A stretch of DNA of 63,994 bases, filler included, from Neoconidiobolus thromboides FSU 785 (Eukaryota > Fungi > Entomophthoromycota): the NCBI GenBank assembly GCA_025603075.1. It is 7 parts of 7 records of this genome, joined end to end, with 100 filler letters (N's around TTAATTAATTAA, not from the genome) between each part and the next. Parts side by side here need not be neighbours in the genome. Positions count along the whole stretch, not along the records: positions 1 to 13,287 come from MU626618.1; 6 more parts are not named here. One strand, given 5' to 3'. The position numbers and the translations under genes were made by a program. Shown piece after piece: positions 1-13,387 of this stretch. The notes below the pieces were generated by a model. The model did no database searches. It saw only the letters and a program-made list of their open reading frames with translations, and was not told the origin of the DNA. How positions within the stretch are numbered: position 1 is the stretch's first letter; each line of letters starts with the position of its first letter.

Positions 1-470
1 TAAAAAAAGAAATTGAGGTAAATTTAATGAAACAAATTAATTGTAACAGTAACACTTTAGAAATATTAGATTTAAATGCTACTATTTTACTTTAAAAATA
101 CTATTAAATCTATATTCAATTCTACTTATATAATAATGCTTAGTGTTTGATAAAGTCTTACTGCAATTATTAAGATAATGAATATAATAATATATAGATT
201 TAGCACTTTAATAATAAATACTTTTACATGAGAAAATCTTCATTTCTAATATTCATTAAAAAACTATTGGCTGAAAGTAAAAAATTAATATTACCAGCAA
301 ACTGCAATATTTTAAAAATCGGATTTATTAGAATAGTTTCTGCAAAGAATAACTATCATTTTCCAATTTATTACTGTGCAAAATTTCTAAGTCATGGAAT
401 TCAAAAGTAATGAACTGGAAATTTTTAAGATCCAACCATTCATTTTTTGATCACTTAATCATTAAACAAT

Positions 471-1787
471 ATGGGTCGTAATGTTGGCTATTTTTATGCA
501 CCTGGCGAACAATCTTATTATTTCTCTCCATGTCATCCTATGGAGCCTGTTCGTGTTGATATGACCCATGAGCTTGTCAAAAACTATAATTTATTTGACT
601 CTTTAAGTGTGTTTATTTATGATAAAGCAACTGAAAACCAACTGAAGGCTATTCACTCTCCAGAATACATTGACTATATTCGCAATTTTACGCCATCCAC
701 CATAAATAAAAATTATAATACAAATAAAAGGACACATAGTTTAGATGAAGACTGTCCATTATTTAAAGGTGTATATGACTACATGTCAAGTACAGTTGGA
801 GGAAGTTTACTTTGTGCTAAAAATATTAACCAAGGTACTTCAGATATCTGTATCAATTGGGCAGGTGGTATGCATCATGCTAAAAAGGCAAGTGCATCTG
901 GTTTTTGCTTTGCTAATGATATTGTAGCATGTATTATTGATCTTTTGAGATATCATCAACGTGTATTATATATTGATATTGATGTTCATCATGGTGATGG
1001 TGTTGAGCAGTTCTTTTATGAAAGTAATCGAGTTATGACTCTATCTTTTCATCAATATGGAGACTTTTTCCCAGCTACTGGAGAAACTAAAGAAAGTGGA
1101 AGTGGAATTGGAACAAATTATTCAATTAATGTTCCTTTGAAAAGAGGTATTAATGATCAAGATTATGAAACAATTTTTAATAAAATTGTTTTTGAATGTA
1201 TAAATCGATATAATCCTGAGGTAATTGTATTACAAATGGGAGCTGATTCAGTTGCAGGTGATCGACTTGGTGGGTTTAACTTGTCCAATAAAGGACATTC
1301 ACAATGTCTAAATTATATCAAATCATTTAATTTACCTTTAGTTGTACTTGGTGGAGGTGGCTATACTACCCAAAATGTAGCTAGAACTTGGACATTAGAA
1401 ACTGGGGTAGCATTGGGTGTTGAATTGGAGGATATGTTACCAGAGAATTCTTTTATTGGGACAGATGGATGGAAAGCTAATTTAGAAATTAAAGCAAATG
1501 AGAATATAGCCAATTTGAATACAAAAAAAGATATTAATGATACAATCCAACAAGTCATGGAAGTACTCAAAAGAGCGGAAATTACACCTTCTATCCAACT
1601 TCAAAATATACCAAAAGATTGGTATAATATTGATGTGGATAGCGATGAGATAGAGATAGATCCTAAAACCGAATATGCACCCCACTTTAACTCAGATAAT
1701 CATAGTCTAGCTCATAATCATAGTCGAAATGAAAGTTATGATAGTTCACCAGCCAAAAAGTCAAAAACGTACTTTGAATGGTCATAG
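471..1787 (+). CDS. Class I histone deacetylase (RPD3/HDAC1 family), single exon
   Basis: 438-aa ORF with GGMHHAKK, SGFCFANDIV, YIDIDVHHGDGVE, GADSVAGDRLG and GGGGYT motifs of class I HDACs. Confidence 0.95.
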   Translation: MGRNVGYFYAPGEQSYYFSPCHPMEPVRVDMTHELVKNYNLFDSLSVFIYDKATENQLKAIHSPEYIDYIRNFTPSTINKNYNTNKRTHSLDEDCPLFKGVYDYMSSTVGGSLLCAKNINQGTSDICINWAGGMHHAKKASASGFCFANDIVACIIDLLRYHQRVLYIDIDVHHGDGVEQFFYESNRVMTLSFHQYGDFFPATGETKESGSGIGTNYSINVPLKRGINDQDYETIFNKIVFECINRYNPEVIVLQMGADSVAGDRLGGFNLSNKGHSQCLNYIKSFNLPLVVLGGGGYTTQNVARTWTLETGVALGVELEDMLPENSFIGTDGWKANLEIKANENIANLNTKKDINDTIQQVMEVLKRAEITPSIQLQNIPKDWYNIDVDSDEIEIDPKTEYAPHFNSDNHSLAHNHSRNESYDSSPAKKSKTYFEWS

Positions 1788-3098
1788 TAGTCTACATGCT
1801 AATCAGTTATAATTTTCTCCTTTTACACTTTCACTCTTTTTCTCGAATGTTATCTTTTATTTTCATCAATTTAAAAGTGATTTTTTTAATTTACTGCTTT
1901 ATTAATAAAGCTTTTGTCCCATTTTGTCAATAGTTTTAATTTTTCTCTTTATATGTACTGTAAAGTGAAGCTTTCATTAAATTCTTTAATATATTTTATA
2001 TAGCTTTTATTTTAATATATTATAGCTATAGTTCTTTTTAGTTTTCAATTTTTTTATTAAAATACCATACTTTGTGAATGAAAAAAACAATTTTTCAATT
2101 TTTAATACAACTTAAAAAAATTAATTCTCCAAAAAACCAAATTTACATGTGCGATTACTTGAATTTTTAACACTTAACCTTATTAACTCCACTTTTACAT
2201 ATAGGAGCTTCTTAAAGCAGGTTATTTGGTATGGCTTATGAGAATTCAAACTTTATTTAAAAAAATGTTAGTCTTTTGATGAATTTTGAATTATATTATC
2301 CTACTATATGAATCCATAGCTTACCCTAATTTGCTAGTTTTATTTACGATCCTCATACTATATCACTCCCTAATTTGAAATTGATTTCTGCTGCATTGCT
2401 TTAGTTTGTTTTAAAAAAACAAGGTAAACTCAAGCCTAGAATATAGAGTATTAAACTTGATAAAACATGCTAAAAAATTTAAAATATGGTTATTGATTTG
2501 CCTTAAACTGCTACAAGAGGACGTGAATAAATCTTGTAAGTGTGATATCTTTATTTTGAAGTATACACGTATTTATTTTCATTACAATTACTTATTCAAA
2601 TATATTATTTTAATTAAGGCTAAATAGTGGTAAATTAAAAATATAAAATGATTCAATATTTGTCCATATAAATGATATCAGAGATTACTAGCATTTTTAA
2701 TAATCTTAAATTTATGACAATTTTGATGAGCTTTGAAATTTTTTCAAACCAGGCTTCAGACTTATATTTCATGTCTAAAGCTAAGGATCAACTTAAATTA
2801 AAGAGAATCTATAAAATTGTGCTTCCTCTAAAAAAAAGTTAAATTGAATTCATGGCATTATGAAAATTAAAATTTATAGTCTATAAAAGTAAGTATCCTT
2901 ATAAAAAATTAGGCTTATTGTAAATATAATTTTTTCTTGGCCTATTTTTATTCACCTTATACCACTTAATCACCTCTAAAACTAGCTTTATTTACCATAA
3001 CTGTGGCTTCCCCATAAAGGGTGTTGTAAAATCAAGCTAACGAATATATATATAAACAGTTTTCTCAATTGATTAATTAACATAATTACTCTAAAAAC

Positions 3099-3851
3099 AT
3101 GCTCTATTTTATCTTATTTAATTTATTTGCTCCTATCTTTACCTTAGTGTTAAAGGAGCGTACCTTTAATTTTGACCAAAATATCCTACAAAGGAGACAT
3201 TCTTCTAAATCTCGCTCTAAATCTAATTCTTATGGCAGTAAAGGTGGTAGTTACTCTTCGATCCCCGCTTCTTTACCACCTATCGTATTAGATAATGAAT
3301 CACAATTACCTGCTGTTCTTAATTCTCTCAATCCTCAAAATATTTATGACTCAATATCATCCGGTGGAGCACCTTCATACGGCAGCTCAGAAAATTCTCC
3401 TTCATATGGGAGCTCAGGAAATTCTCCTTCATATGGAAGTACAGGACAAACCCCTCCTAATGGATCTAATGGCAATTCGCCTTTAGATTATAACTATATG
3501 TTACAAAAAGTCAATCAAGTGAGAGCTCAAAACGGTGCATCCCCTTTAAAATATAATAACTTACTAAATGTTGCAGCGCAACAACATTCTGATGACCAAG
3601 CAAGGGCTAAAAAGATGAGTCACACAGGAAGTGATGGATCTTCCCCAGATGAACGAGTTGAAAAAGCAGGATATAAATGGGCATCAGTAGCTGAAAATGT
3701 AGCTTGGAACCAGAAAACAGTAGATCAAGTGATGGATGCTTGGGTTAAGTCACCAGGTCATTTTAAAAATTTAGTTAACAAAAAATATACTGACTTTGGG
3801 GCTGGGGTTAATAATTATTATTGGACTCAGACTTTTGGTTCAACATCTTAA
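3099..3851 (+). CDS. Secreted CAP/SCP/PR-1 domain protein with Ser/Gly-rich N-terminal repeats
   Basis: Hydrophobic N-terminus; VNQVRAQNGASPL, HSDDQA, MSHTGSDGS, AENVA, WVKSPGHFKNL, YWTQTFG are the CAP fold signature; three 24-nt SPSYGS repeats at ~3370-3440. Confidence 0.92.
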   Translation: MLYFILFNLFAPIFTLVLKERTFNFDQNILQRRHSSKSRSKSNSYGSKGGSYSSIPASLPPIVLDNESQLPAVLNSLNPQNIYDSISSGGAPSYGSSENSPSYGSSGNSPSYGSTGQTPPNGSNGNSPLDYNYMLQKVNQVRAQNGASPLKYNNLLNVAAQQHSDDQARAKKMSHTGSDGSSPDERVEKAGYKWASVAENVAWNQKTVDQVMDAWVKSPGHFKNLVNKKYTDFGAGVNNYYWTQTFGSTS

Positions 3852-4435
3852 TCTATTTATTGTAAAAATATTTCTTCTGTGAAGAATAAATAATTCTAAC
3901 TTGTCACTTTCTATTTTTGTTTTTTAAATTCATTTCTTGTTTTGGCTTCTAAGATGCCATTTTTGTTATGCTCAAAAAAATATTTTAATTTTAATATCAT
4001 TCTATTTTGTAGCCAAAAATATTTTTTCGAATGTATTTTTTAATCACATTTTATTTTCACAAATACATACTAAAATGTTAGTAGTGGAGTATTTACAAAA
4101 ATAATAAAGAAAAAAGTGGAAGATCTTATACCAATTTATAAGTCATTCTTACTACACCAAATGCTTGAATGAGTCGTAAGCCTTTAAATATAAAGATGCC
4201 AAGAGATAACTATTTAATATAAATGAAATGTAAAGAATTCTAAATAACACTATATAAAAAAATAAAACAGAATTCTGCTATAAAAATTGAGCTAACGATG
4301 ACCTCATAAAATGATTTAAAGATGATTCAAGGTATAAATAAAGTAAAATGGATAACAGCTAAAAAGCTAAAATTGATTAAAATTAGTTACTTTGGAAAAG
4401 TATAAATAGAAGATCAAAACAATATTAAAACTTAA

Positions 4436-5713
4436 ATGGATTTTAAAAATATCTTTAACTTCAGATCGGTTATTACTTTCTCAAAAATAAAGTAAGAATA
4501 TTATATTATTTGGTAAAAAACTTACATTGTTTTTACAGGAATACAAAAAATGATATTATATTTCGTAGTAGTAATCTAGGTAGCTTATGTTCATATGTTA
4601 ATAGTTGAATGGTATTTTGATATTGATTTAAGATAGTGCAGACTCAAATGAAGTAGAAAAGCTTTTAAAACAATATAAAATTACCACTATTATTGATTTA
4701 AGATCCAAGTAATGTATAAATATGATACAAATATTATATTGTTAAAATCTTTTTATAGAAATGAAATAAAAAACAGCAAAGACTTAAAATTGTTTTTCCC
4801 AGTAGCCATATTTCAAGTAAAAAAGCTAATATTATAAAATTATTTTATAATACTGTAATTTAGGACGATCCTTTATCGGCATTAAGTAGTAATCAAGAAA
4901 AAGAAGATAAATCACCTAATAAAGAAGTAGTACAATCTGGAGTAAAAACATATGATGAAGCAACAAATAAACAATATGTTCGAAGAACTTATAGAGTAGA
5001 TTTAGTAAATAAGCAATATAAAAATAAAGTAATTTGGAAGAATCTGAAATTTAAAGATGTATTGTGAGTTTCAGTAAATTTGATTATAAATCCTGAAACT
5101 AATGCTTTAGATATTTGTTATACTACTATATCATGTTTAAACCTCAAAAAGGTCATGCTTATATAGCTAGTAAATATATTGCCCCTAAAGGACTTTCTGG
5201 GTTATATATTGATTTGGTTAAATATTCTGGTATTGAAATAGCCAATGTTTTTAAGAGAATTGAAAAAGTATGTGATCAGCCTTTTTTAGTACACTGTGCC
5301 CATGGCAAAGATAGAACTGGGATAATAATAGGTAACAAATAGTTTCTATTTAATGAATGTGTTTTATTTGTTTCATAGCTCTACTCTTATCTTTATTAAA
5401 AGTAAACCGCAACATAATTATTGAAGATTATCTGACTAGTTTACGTTTGTTGAAAGATGTCAACAAAGAAATAGAGAAGGAAATGATTAAATCAGGTTTA
5501 AATCAAGAGTTTGCTTTGGTAACTGAAAAGGTAAATAATATTTACAAAACCGTATTACACATCTAAAGGATATTAAATAAACAGGCCATTACTGATACGT
5601 TAAATTATATTGATGAAGCATATGCAGGAGTAGATAAATATTTAAATTTCTACGGATTTTCTTATGACTTACAAGAATCCTTACGTTCTAAGCTTTTGAT
5701 TCAAAACTCTTAG
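4436..5713 (+). CDS. Tyrosine phosphatase family protein (Y_phosphatase3/IphP-like), multi-exon
   Basis: Exons spliced by eye give MDFKNIFNFRS...IIFRSSNL...TTIIDLRS...HCAHGKDRTG (CX5R)...IIEDYLTS...YAGVDKYL; GT-AG introns e.g. 4492-4538. Confidence 0.88.
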
Positions 5714-5995
5714 TTCAATTCGATTATTTATTGAAATAAATAATAACACATTATTTCAATTATTGTTCCATTTTTAGTTTGATATTTAAACTTTTGAGAT
5801 ATAAATTTAATTTCTTATTCTGTAAAGAACATTATTTTATTATAAGCTTTAGCTGATATATTTAAATTATTAAATCATTATATATCGTTAGCCTAATAAA
5901 TTCAAACCAATTAAAACATGATGATTAAATGGCTCAATAATTCTAGCACTAGCTTTATTCTTTATAAAAAATAAGTGCTAATTATACAAGTTAAT

Positions 5996-6651
5996 ATGGC
6001 GCGGGATAAACAAAATCAATTTCGACCCAATACGTTTGATCCAATATTAATAATAGCACAGATAATGGCATATCAATCATGGAACTATTTAAGTTTAAGT
6101 TTGTTAATCTTAGCATTTAACTTATTTAGTAATATAAATCATATTTCTTTAAATCCAATATTTAATCCAACTACACTAACTTTTGGTTATCAACATGCAC
6201 TTCCTTATTTATTTCTATTTTTATTAAATACTATACCAAGGTAATAATAATATAAATGTTATAATAACAATAATAATCATTTTAAAATAATAAAAGTATG
6301 TTAGGTCTAATGATAATAATTGAACGTGCTAAATTATGCTTGGATTTTGTATTAACATATCAATTAATTCATTTATTATTTACAATCGTATATACCCGTT
6401 CATTTCCAATTTCTTTATTATGGTGGTTGAATTTTTTACTATCTACTCTTATTATTACCCTTGGTGGTGAATATTTATGTTATCATTATGAAACAAAACC
6501 AATTCAACTTAGTGGAACAAATAACCGAGTTAATAAAGCACCAGAGAGCGAACAATTTATACAAAATATAGCCAAGAATGTAGATCAAGATTTGTTATTG
6601 GAAGAAGGTTTAGAGCTCAATTTATTAAATACGAGTAGTAGTAGAGATTAA
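5996..6651 (+). CDS. SYS1: Golgi membrane trafficking protein SYS1, two exons (intron ~6241-6296)
   Basis: FRPNTFDPILIIAQI and IERAKLCLDF..T...IHLLFT...WW motifs; splicing joins the two ORF-track fragments in frame. Confidence 0.85.
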
Positions 6652-6738
6652 ATAATTATATTGTTAGTTATAGTAATAAAAATAAAGGTTCAGTATTATA
6701 AATAAATTAAGTTTATTATTAAATATTAAATCTCTTTT

Positions 6739-7828
6739 TTATGCCCTATTTAAATTTTGTTTCCATTTGTTTTTTAATAAATCTGATATACAATTAAACT
6801 GCTTTTGCAGCTGTTCTTCTTCTAATGGTGGGCTCATATTTAAAATGGACATCATTTGTAATAGTTTGGCTGCTATATCATTATTATATGTAGGTAATTG
6901 TGTTTCATCTTTAAATAATTGTTGAATGGCAACTAAAGAAGAAATCAATTAGCTACTATCATTAATTAATAACTAAAATAAAACTCACCTTCCAATTTAT
7001 TCATCAAAGGAGCAATAACATGAATTTTGAAACTATTTAAAGTCATTGTTCTAACTGAAGTAAGTTTACTTCTTTTGAGTTGATTCACTTCAATTTGGTG
7101 AGGTAAAAATACACCTTCTAAATAAGGTAGTACAGTACCTAAAAAAAAGGACCAGAGTTCCACCACTCTAGTAGCTATTTTGTCCTCATGAATACCAGAT
7201 AATTTAGCACTCAACGTAAACATACCAGCAGATAATAAACCATTGTAAATATTATTTGAAAAGGTTACTAGGTCAGTTGTTTTTAAACAAGTTCTAGAAA
7301 ATAATTAGGTATGAATTAAATAATAAAATAAATCAACTGAACTTACCTTACATTTTCATTTAGTTCTTCAATTTTACCACCTAATCTTTCACCATTAAAT
7401 AAAGGCAATACTTTAATAACTAAATGGGGCCAGTTTTCTTCTAAGGTTAAATTATCCTGTACTAAAGAGATATCTCGAGTCATTGATTTAACATCTAAAC
7501 TAGATAATGACTTTTGCACTGCTGCAGTGGTATAAACACCAGCGTTAACTAAGTTAGATACTGAATTACTAAACAAACCTTGATTAGTAGCTGTTGTTCC
7601 TGTACTTAATAATGAATTGGCAAGATGTATGTTTAATGGAGATATTAAGTTATTTGAAGTTAAGCTAGTTTTACTAGAATTAGAATGAAAAGAATGCATT
7701 GGTAATGGACTTTTGGATCCAAAATGAAAGTTACTTGTTTTATGACTGGAAGTATAACTGCTTGTATCATCTAATAAATTACTATTTGATGGATTTTCCT
7801 TTTGTTTATTCTCACTATATGGAAGCAT
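6739..7828 (-). CDS. HbrB/Bit61/PRR5(Protor)-like TORC2-associated protein, three exons
   Basis: W..LVIKVLPLFNGERL..KIEELNE.VR and LVELWSFFLGTVLPYLEGVFLP.....VRTMTL.SF motifs typical of the HbrB domain; introns near 7346 and 6990. Confidence 0.8.
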
Positions 7829-8198
7829 GGCAAAATTTAGCTGATATTTTATTTGTTAAAGAAATCAAAAGTGCCTTTAATTTTGAACTAAAATTAAAAT
7901 GATCTAGTTGTTTAATAATAACATGTTTGGAATAATTACTATAAATGATTTTATTGAGTTAAAAATCATAATCAATATGTTATGTAATTAACAATGGCAA
8001 TAGAATAAATATGATAAAGTAGTACTTATAGTTTAATGTAACATGATATGCTTAATTCATTTAGAATAACTACTTAATCCATATAGAATCATTTATTAAA
8101 CTAATATATTTTATTTACTTCAATAATTCGAAAAAATGATGAGATTTTAAAGAATTAATATTTTTATATTGAATAAAAAAACCTTGGATGAAACGACA

Positions 8199-9058
8199 TT
8201 ATTGTTTAGAATCCGCTACAATTTCTTCTACTTCACCTTCTTCTTCAACATATCCTTTTCTTGGGCTATCATCTTCTTCTAAAAGAGGGTCACTTGATTT
8301 TGTTTGAAGGTCCTCAGAAGTAAGTTGAGCTTTGTTTTTTTTATTTGTTTTGGATTTAACCTTTTTTGGTGGTGGTGGTACATCCCAAGCATATAATGGG
8401 ACAAAAGACTCAAAGAAACCCACATCTTCATAAAGATTTGGAAATAGCCAAATACCTGGAGCAGCCACTACTTTAGTTATAATATAAAGTATAAATCTTA
8501 TTATAGTAATAACAAATAAAAAGCCTAAAAATCCAAGACCTGCCATGGATAAATACCAAGCACCATCTTTCATAAAATTGGGCCATAATGGGAATAATAC
8601 TACCGCAAAAATACCTGCTAATACTAAAATACCCATAAAATAATTTTTGACTTGGGAACCTTGATAAATCCAAACATAATAAAAGTCTTCTTCATAAGTT
8701 TTTTCTTGAGTATAATGTAATTCTCCAGCACCAGACTCTTTTGAACAACGGATAACCAATTGGTTTTCAACTAATGGTTTTAATAATTCAATAGCTTCCT
8801 CTCTTGTTTCTAATGTTTTATTGATGACTCCTTTTGCCTCAGGTTTCATTAAAGAGTTGATACCACTCTTTCCTTTTAATAATAAATTTAATTTTTTTAA
8901 ATAAAGTGGATCTGAAATTAAATTTTACCTTTAAAATAGAGAACTCTTTGGCCATTTAATTTACCTTGACGGGCACGTAAACCTGATTTTTTAGAATCCA
9001 AAAGGTAATCGGCTAATTGTTTGACTTCTTTTGGTGGTTGATTTGTGGCTGCACTCAT
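8199..9058 (-). CDS. SEC62: Translocation protein SEC62, multi-exon
   Basis: ATG at 9058 (MSAATNQPPKEVKQLADYLL..KSGLRARQG); YYVWIYQG, AVVLFPLWP, IWLFPNLYEDVGFFESFVPLYAW; two TM segments. Confidence 0.92.
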
Positions 9059-9452
9059 TTTCTTTTAAAACTTGGAATACAATAAAAAGTTATTTGTATT
9101 TACTAAAATAAAGCTTTAAGCTTATTTGTATCACATTCGCACTTTATAAATCTTTAGCCAATCATTTAATTACTTCTTCTTTTTTACTTTCAACCAATTA
9201 AATTTCGATACATTCGAAAAACAATGAGTAGAATGGTGGAGATTAGCTTTGTTAATGTAAAAATAATTTATTAATAAAATATAAATAAAATAGACAGTTT
9301 TACTATTTAAGAAATAACAGAGTATTGTTATTAATTTATATTAGTAGGATGTCTTTATTACTTCTAATTTATCTTTATGGCAAATAGGTTATATCCTAAT
9401 AAACTCTTAATGATTTGAAACCGAAAATAAAATTACTGTTTTAATAAAAGAT

Positions 9453-9547
9453 AGAGATGTATTTTTTTGTTTAAAGATTTTACTGGTAATTTTTCCATCT
9501 AAGCAGGGCTTAAAAATGGAAAAAAAAATGAAACCAAAAACACCCTC
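9453..9547 (+). mobile_element. MITE copy (eroded)
   Basis: Matches ~98-bp consensus GGGGATGTATTTTTGTGTTTAAG...CTCAAATAGCGCTTAAAAAATGG...AAAAAACATCCCC. Confidence 0.75.
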
Positions 9548-9857
9548 GGATACTACTTTTAAATAATACTAATAATATTACCAATACTGTTAATTCTAAA
9601 ATTCAAATACATTATTGTGTTATTTATGTATTTTAAATAAGACTATGTAAAATTTCCCTCTGGGCGTTTATTATCACTGTGAAGTATATTAAAACATAAT
9701 TTGATTTTAAAATTTTCTTAGAATATCAAAAATGATCAAAAATGATCAAAAATAATTAGAAAAATAGGATCACTTTTATTACATACATTACACAACATTG
9801 AATTATAATATTACCAATCCAGCAATAATATTATAAGTCAAATGCTTGTTTAGAGAT

Positions 9858-11093
9858 TTAGCTTAATATAATTGAAGCTGTATTTCCAGGCGGAACAGAA
9901 ATAGTACATGCCGTATTAATATTGTTATTTAAATCCAATATACAAGGCTTATTAGTTACTGATTGACAGTTATTACATTTAATTTCAATCTTATATAATA
10001 AATTGCTACTACTTTTATGTAAACTAATACCAAAATTGGGATTAACAGTCAATGACATATATGTTAAAGATTGGGCACCTTGACCAATACCTAATACATA
10101 AGGTGCCCAATTACCATATGGTTTATTAGCATCACCCCAAATACATTTACTTGAATCACTATTTTTTGGATTAACATAATATTGAGCAGATGTACCTTGC
10201 CAATAAGTAGAAGGAGGGGAATTTATTATTTGATTGCTACATTGTGGCTCAGCAACAGTTGGTATAATCATAGCTTCATTTCCTGGATAAACAGTTTGAC
10301 AAAAAGAAACCGCTTCATTTAATTCTGATTTAATATTGACATTATTTAAAGATAAACTACATAATGGTTTATCTTTAAAAGGTAATTGTAAATTACCATT
10401 ATTATCACAATATAAACCACCATTCATTGAACCACATTCAGGTCCATTAGGACATTTCGAAGTTGGATCCCATTGACTTGAATAATAACCTGATTTGCAT
10501 GCATAAGGACACCATTTACCATAAGTACATTGTTGATCTGGTGACATAGCCCATCCAGCATTTAATTGATCTTTTGTTATTGGCGTTATTAATGAATCAT
10601 TAGGTAATTTACATGTTTTACTATTTCCAGTATTATAATTATCATTATTATATGTATTATTATTATTGTTATTACTTGGCTCTGCAGTTGGTATTATAGA
10701 ATATGTACTTGAGCTTGATGAAGGTGTTTGAATTGGGTTGTAGTTACTGTGATATTGTGGTGATTGATAGTTATTATTACTATTGTAATTATTATAATCA
10801 TTATAATTATTATAAGACGTATTTTTAACTTGTGTAGTTGTAGTTAATGTAGAAGTATTAATTATGGCAGTAGGAATGGTACTAGTTGTAGCTACAGCTT
10901 GTGTATATTGGTTGTTGTGATTAATATTATTATATTGAACGTTACTATAATCAATAGTACTATAATCAATATTACTGTTTTGATTCAAATTATAATAGGG
11001 TTGATTTTGTATCCCATATTTTAAACGATATCTTTGAGAAGTATAACAATTAAATAAGGTAAAAAATAAGATATTATTTAAAATAAGTAACAT
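9858..11093 (-). CDS. Secreted SUN-family (GH132) beta-glucanase-like protein with Asn/Thr-rich linker
   Basis: Signal-like N-terminus; CPYACKSGY..SQWDP, SMNGGLYCD..G.L..PF, FCQTVYPGNEAM.IPT, GTSAQYYVN, GNWAPYVLG. Confidence 0.88.
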   Translation of the reverse strand: MLLILNNILFFTLFNCYTSQRYRLKYGIQNQPYYNLNQNSNIDYSTIDYSNVQYNNINHNNQYTQAVATTSTIPTAIINTSTLTTTTQVKNTSYNNYNDYNNYNSNNNYQSPQYHSNYNPIQTPSSSSSTYSIIPTAEPSNNNNNNTYNNDNYNTGNSKTCKLPNDSLITPITKDQLNAGWAMSPDQQCTYGKWCPYACKSGYYSSQWDPTSKCPNGPECGSMNGGLYCDNNGNLQLPFKDKPLCSLSLNNVNIKSELNEAVSFCQTVYPGNEAMIIPTVAEPQCSNQIINSPPSTYWQGTSAQYYVNPKNSDSSKCIWGDANKPYGNWAPYVLGIGQGAQSLTYMSLTVNPNFGISLHKSSSNLLYKIEIKCNNCQSVTNKPCILDLNNNINTACTISVPPGNTASIILS

Positions 11094-12007
11094 ATTAAAT
11101 ATAATAAAAAGAATAAAAAAACAGTAAAAGATAATTTCAAAATTGTTTTTTTTATTGTTTATTTTTTTATTGTTTATTTTTCCCCATTAATTATCAATTA
11201 ATTTCTTTCTAGTAAGAGTAATTCAATTCGTGGGGATCAATAATTTTATTGTTGATGGATTTACATCCTTAATTTCTGTTCTTTATGTTTAAGCCTTGTA
11301 AATCAATTCATCAATTTTTATGCTAATTAAAATCAAACCTTAAAATTTCAAGAATTTATGCTAGTTTATTTTTATCATCAAAACTTTATTAACAGAAGCC
11401 TCTCCTTCTTATCTTATATGGTTCTAATTTGTATATTTAAATTACGCCTATTATTAGCATTATTTGTTTTATTTTATTGTTGATGTATTTATTATCATAA
11501 TATATTTAATGTATGTTATTATTATTACAACCTTTTTTAAACGTACATAAATTCAACGCTAAGCAATGAATTATAAAAAGTGTTGGAAAGAGTTATAAAA
11601 CCCTGACACCTGGTAAAAAAGGGACAAATTAAATGCTTTGTGACCATATTTTTAAAATTTTGTTACTGATATTATAAATTACTATTCAACTTTATTTAAT
11701 CATCATCTTATGCAAAATTATTGAGTTTTTAATTTGAAGAATTTAGTTTATTAATAAATTTCCTACTTAGAAATATATAAATAATCTTTTCAATTCCTAC
11801 ATTGATAAACCAAGCCTAGATTATGAAACGCAATATCACAGATAGTTTAAAAATGCCAAAATAATATTAAGTCACGATAAACGAGTAATAATTTTTATTC
11901 CCCAATTCCGTTTAAGTTTAATATAACTATAATTAGCTTAACGTTTATAATTTAACTTAACTTAGCTTAAAGAAGTTATTATAAGTTTATATCAATATAT
12001 AAGATAT

Positions 12008-12102
12008 GGAGGTATTTTTTTGGTTTTATCACTATCTCCACTTCTTAGGCGCTGTTTGAGTGGAGAAATTGTTAGTAAAATTAAACAAAAATATATATCC
12101 CT
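12008..12102 (-). mobile_element. MITE copy, TSD ATAT
   Basis: Reverse-orientation consensus match; ATAT on both sides. Confidence 0.8.
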
Positions 12103-13203
12103 ATATGCTTTATCCTTTCCTTTGAATCGCCCAAAACACTATAGAGATGGCTATTATTGTTAACAAGCTTGTTGCTTGAATTAAACTTTTATTATAAGCT
12201 CATTTTTATCTTGCTTTGCAACTAATTATTATCTTATAGAAATTTAGATGTTGATTCGAATAGAAGGGATGTCTTGATTTAGAGACTTTTAATGACTAAA
12301 TTGTTCAAAAGAGGCAACACAAAACACTCTCGTTTGAAGCTTCCTACCTTACTTGCTATAAACTCTCAAGAGCTAACTCTGTTTAAGATCTTTTTACTAA
12401 CTTATACATAGTCATTATATTTACCAATGAAATGTTTACAACTTTAGTATCAAGAGTTTTAAAAACCTTTTAATAACCATGCTAACTATTACTATTTATA
12501 AAAGTACCGTTGAACATACTTTGTTAGAATAATATTATTGATCACTTTGTTAAATATTTACAGTCTATCATAGTAAATATTAATTTGTTAACTAATACTA
12601 TTAAAACTTAGTTTAATATGGCAATGTTATCCGTTGACTATAATAATAAAGGATAATATTGGCAAATATAGTAGACAAATATAAAAGTATATGGGGATGT
12701 CTAAGTTGGTTGCATTTTTTTATCCAACTTTTAGATATTTTAGAGTTTAAAAACTGCTTAAAATCCTGTAAAAGTAAATTTTTTATTAAAGCAAAAGTAC
12801 CCACAGCATAGTTTTAGATCATTTTATTTATAATTTATAGGTTAAACAAAATTTCTATTAAATTTAATAGAAATTCCCGGATCAAAAAGACTTTTGCTAA
12901 TATAATATATATATCGATATTAATCAAATTTATATTATTTAAATAAATAAATATTTTTGTAAAACCTCATTCAGAGATATTTATTATTGACTGCTTTATA
13001 GTTAACGTTGCAGATTTGCTATTAAATAAATAAATAAATAAATAATTTTAATATTATAATTATATTATTAACATATCACTAAGTCAATAAATAGCTACAT
13101 AAGAAAGAATAAGAGCAGTATAATAACAGTTTTTGTTTATTATTACAATTACTTACCTTTTAACTATTTGTTAATTTATTTTTGATAAATATCATCATTA
13201 TTT

Positions 13204-13287
13204 GAGGATATTTTTTTGGTTTCATTACTTTTCGATTTTTTAAGCGTTATTTGAGTGGAAAGATTGTTAGCAAAATTCTTGAACAAA
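13204..13287 (-). mobile_element. MITE copy truncated by gap
   Basis: Consensus match up to the N-run. Confidence 0.8.
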
Positions 13288-13387
13288 NNNNNNNNNNNNN
13301 NNNNNNNNNNNNNNNNNNNNNNNNNNNNNNNTTAATTAATTAANNNNNNNNNNNNNNNNNNNNNNNNNNNNNNNNNNNNNNNNNNNN
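13288..13387. other. Assembly gap (100 bp, TTAATTAATTAA spacer)
   Basis: N-run with central all-frame-stop linker. Confidence 0.99.

Noticed and set aside
12693-12720. Isolated GGGGATGT termini (also GAGGATGT at 60421)
   Set aside because: No matching opposite terminus or MITE body found; could be ends of longer elements but unsupported.
12850-12875. 26-bp perfect palindrome AATTTCTATTAAATTTAATAGAAATT
   Set aside because: Almost pure A/T; plausible by chance in this composition.
13332-13343. TTAATTAATTAA repeated identically at six places
   Set aside because: Always centred in a 100-bp N-run; a scaffolding linker, not biology. ORF-track proteins ending in X runs are artefacts of it.
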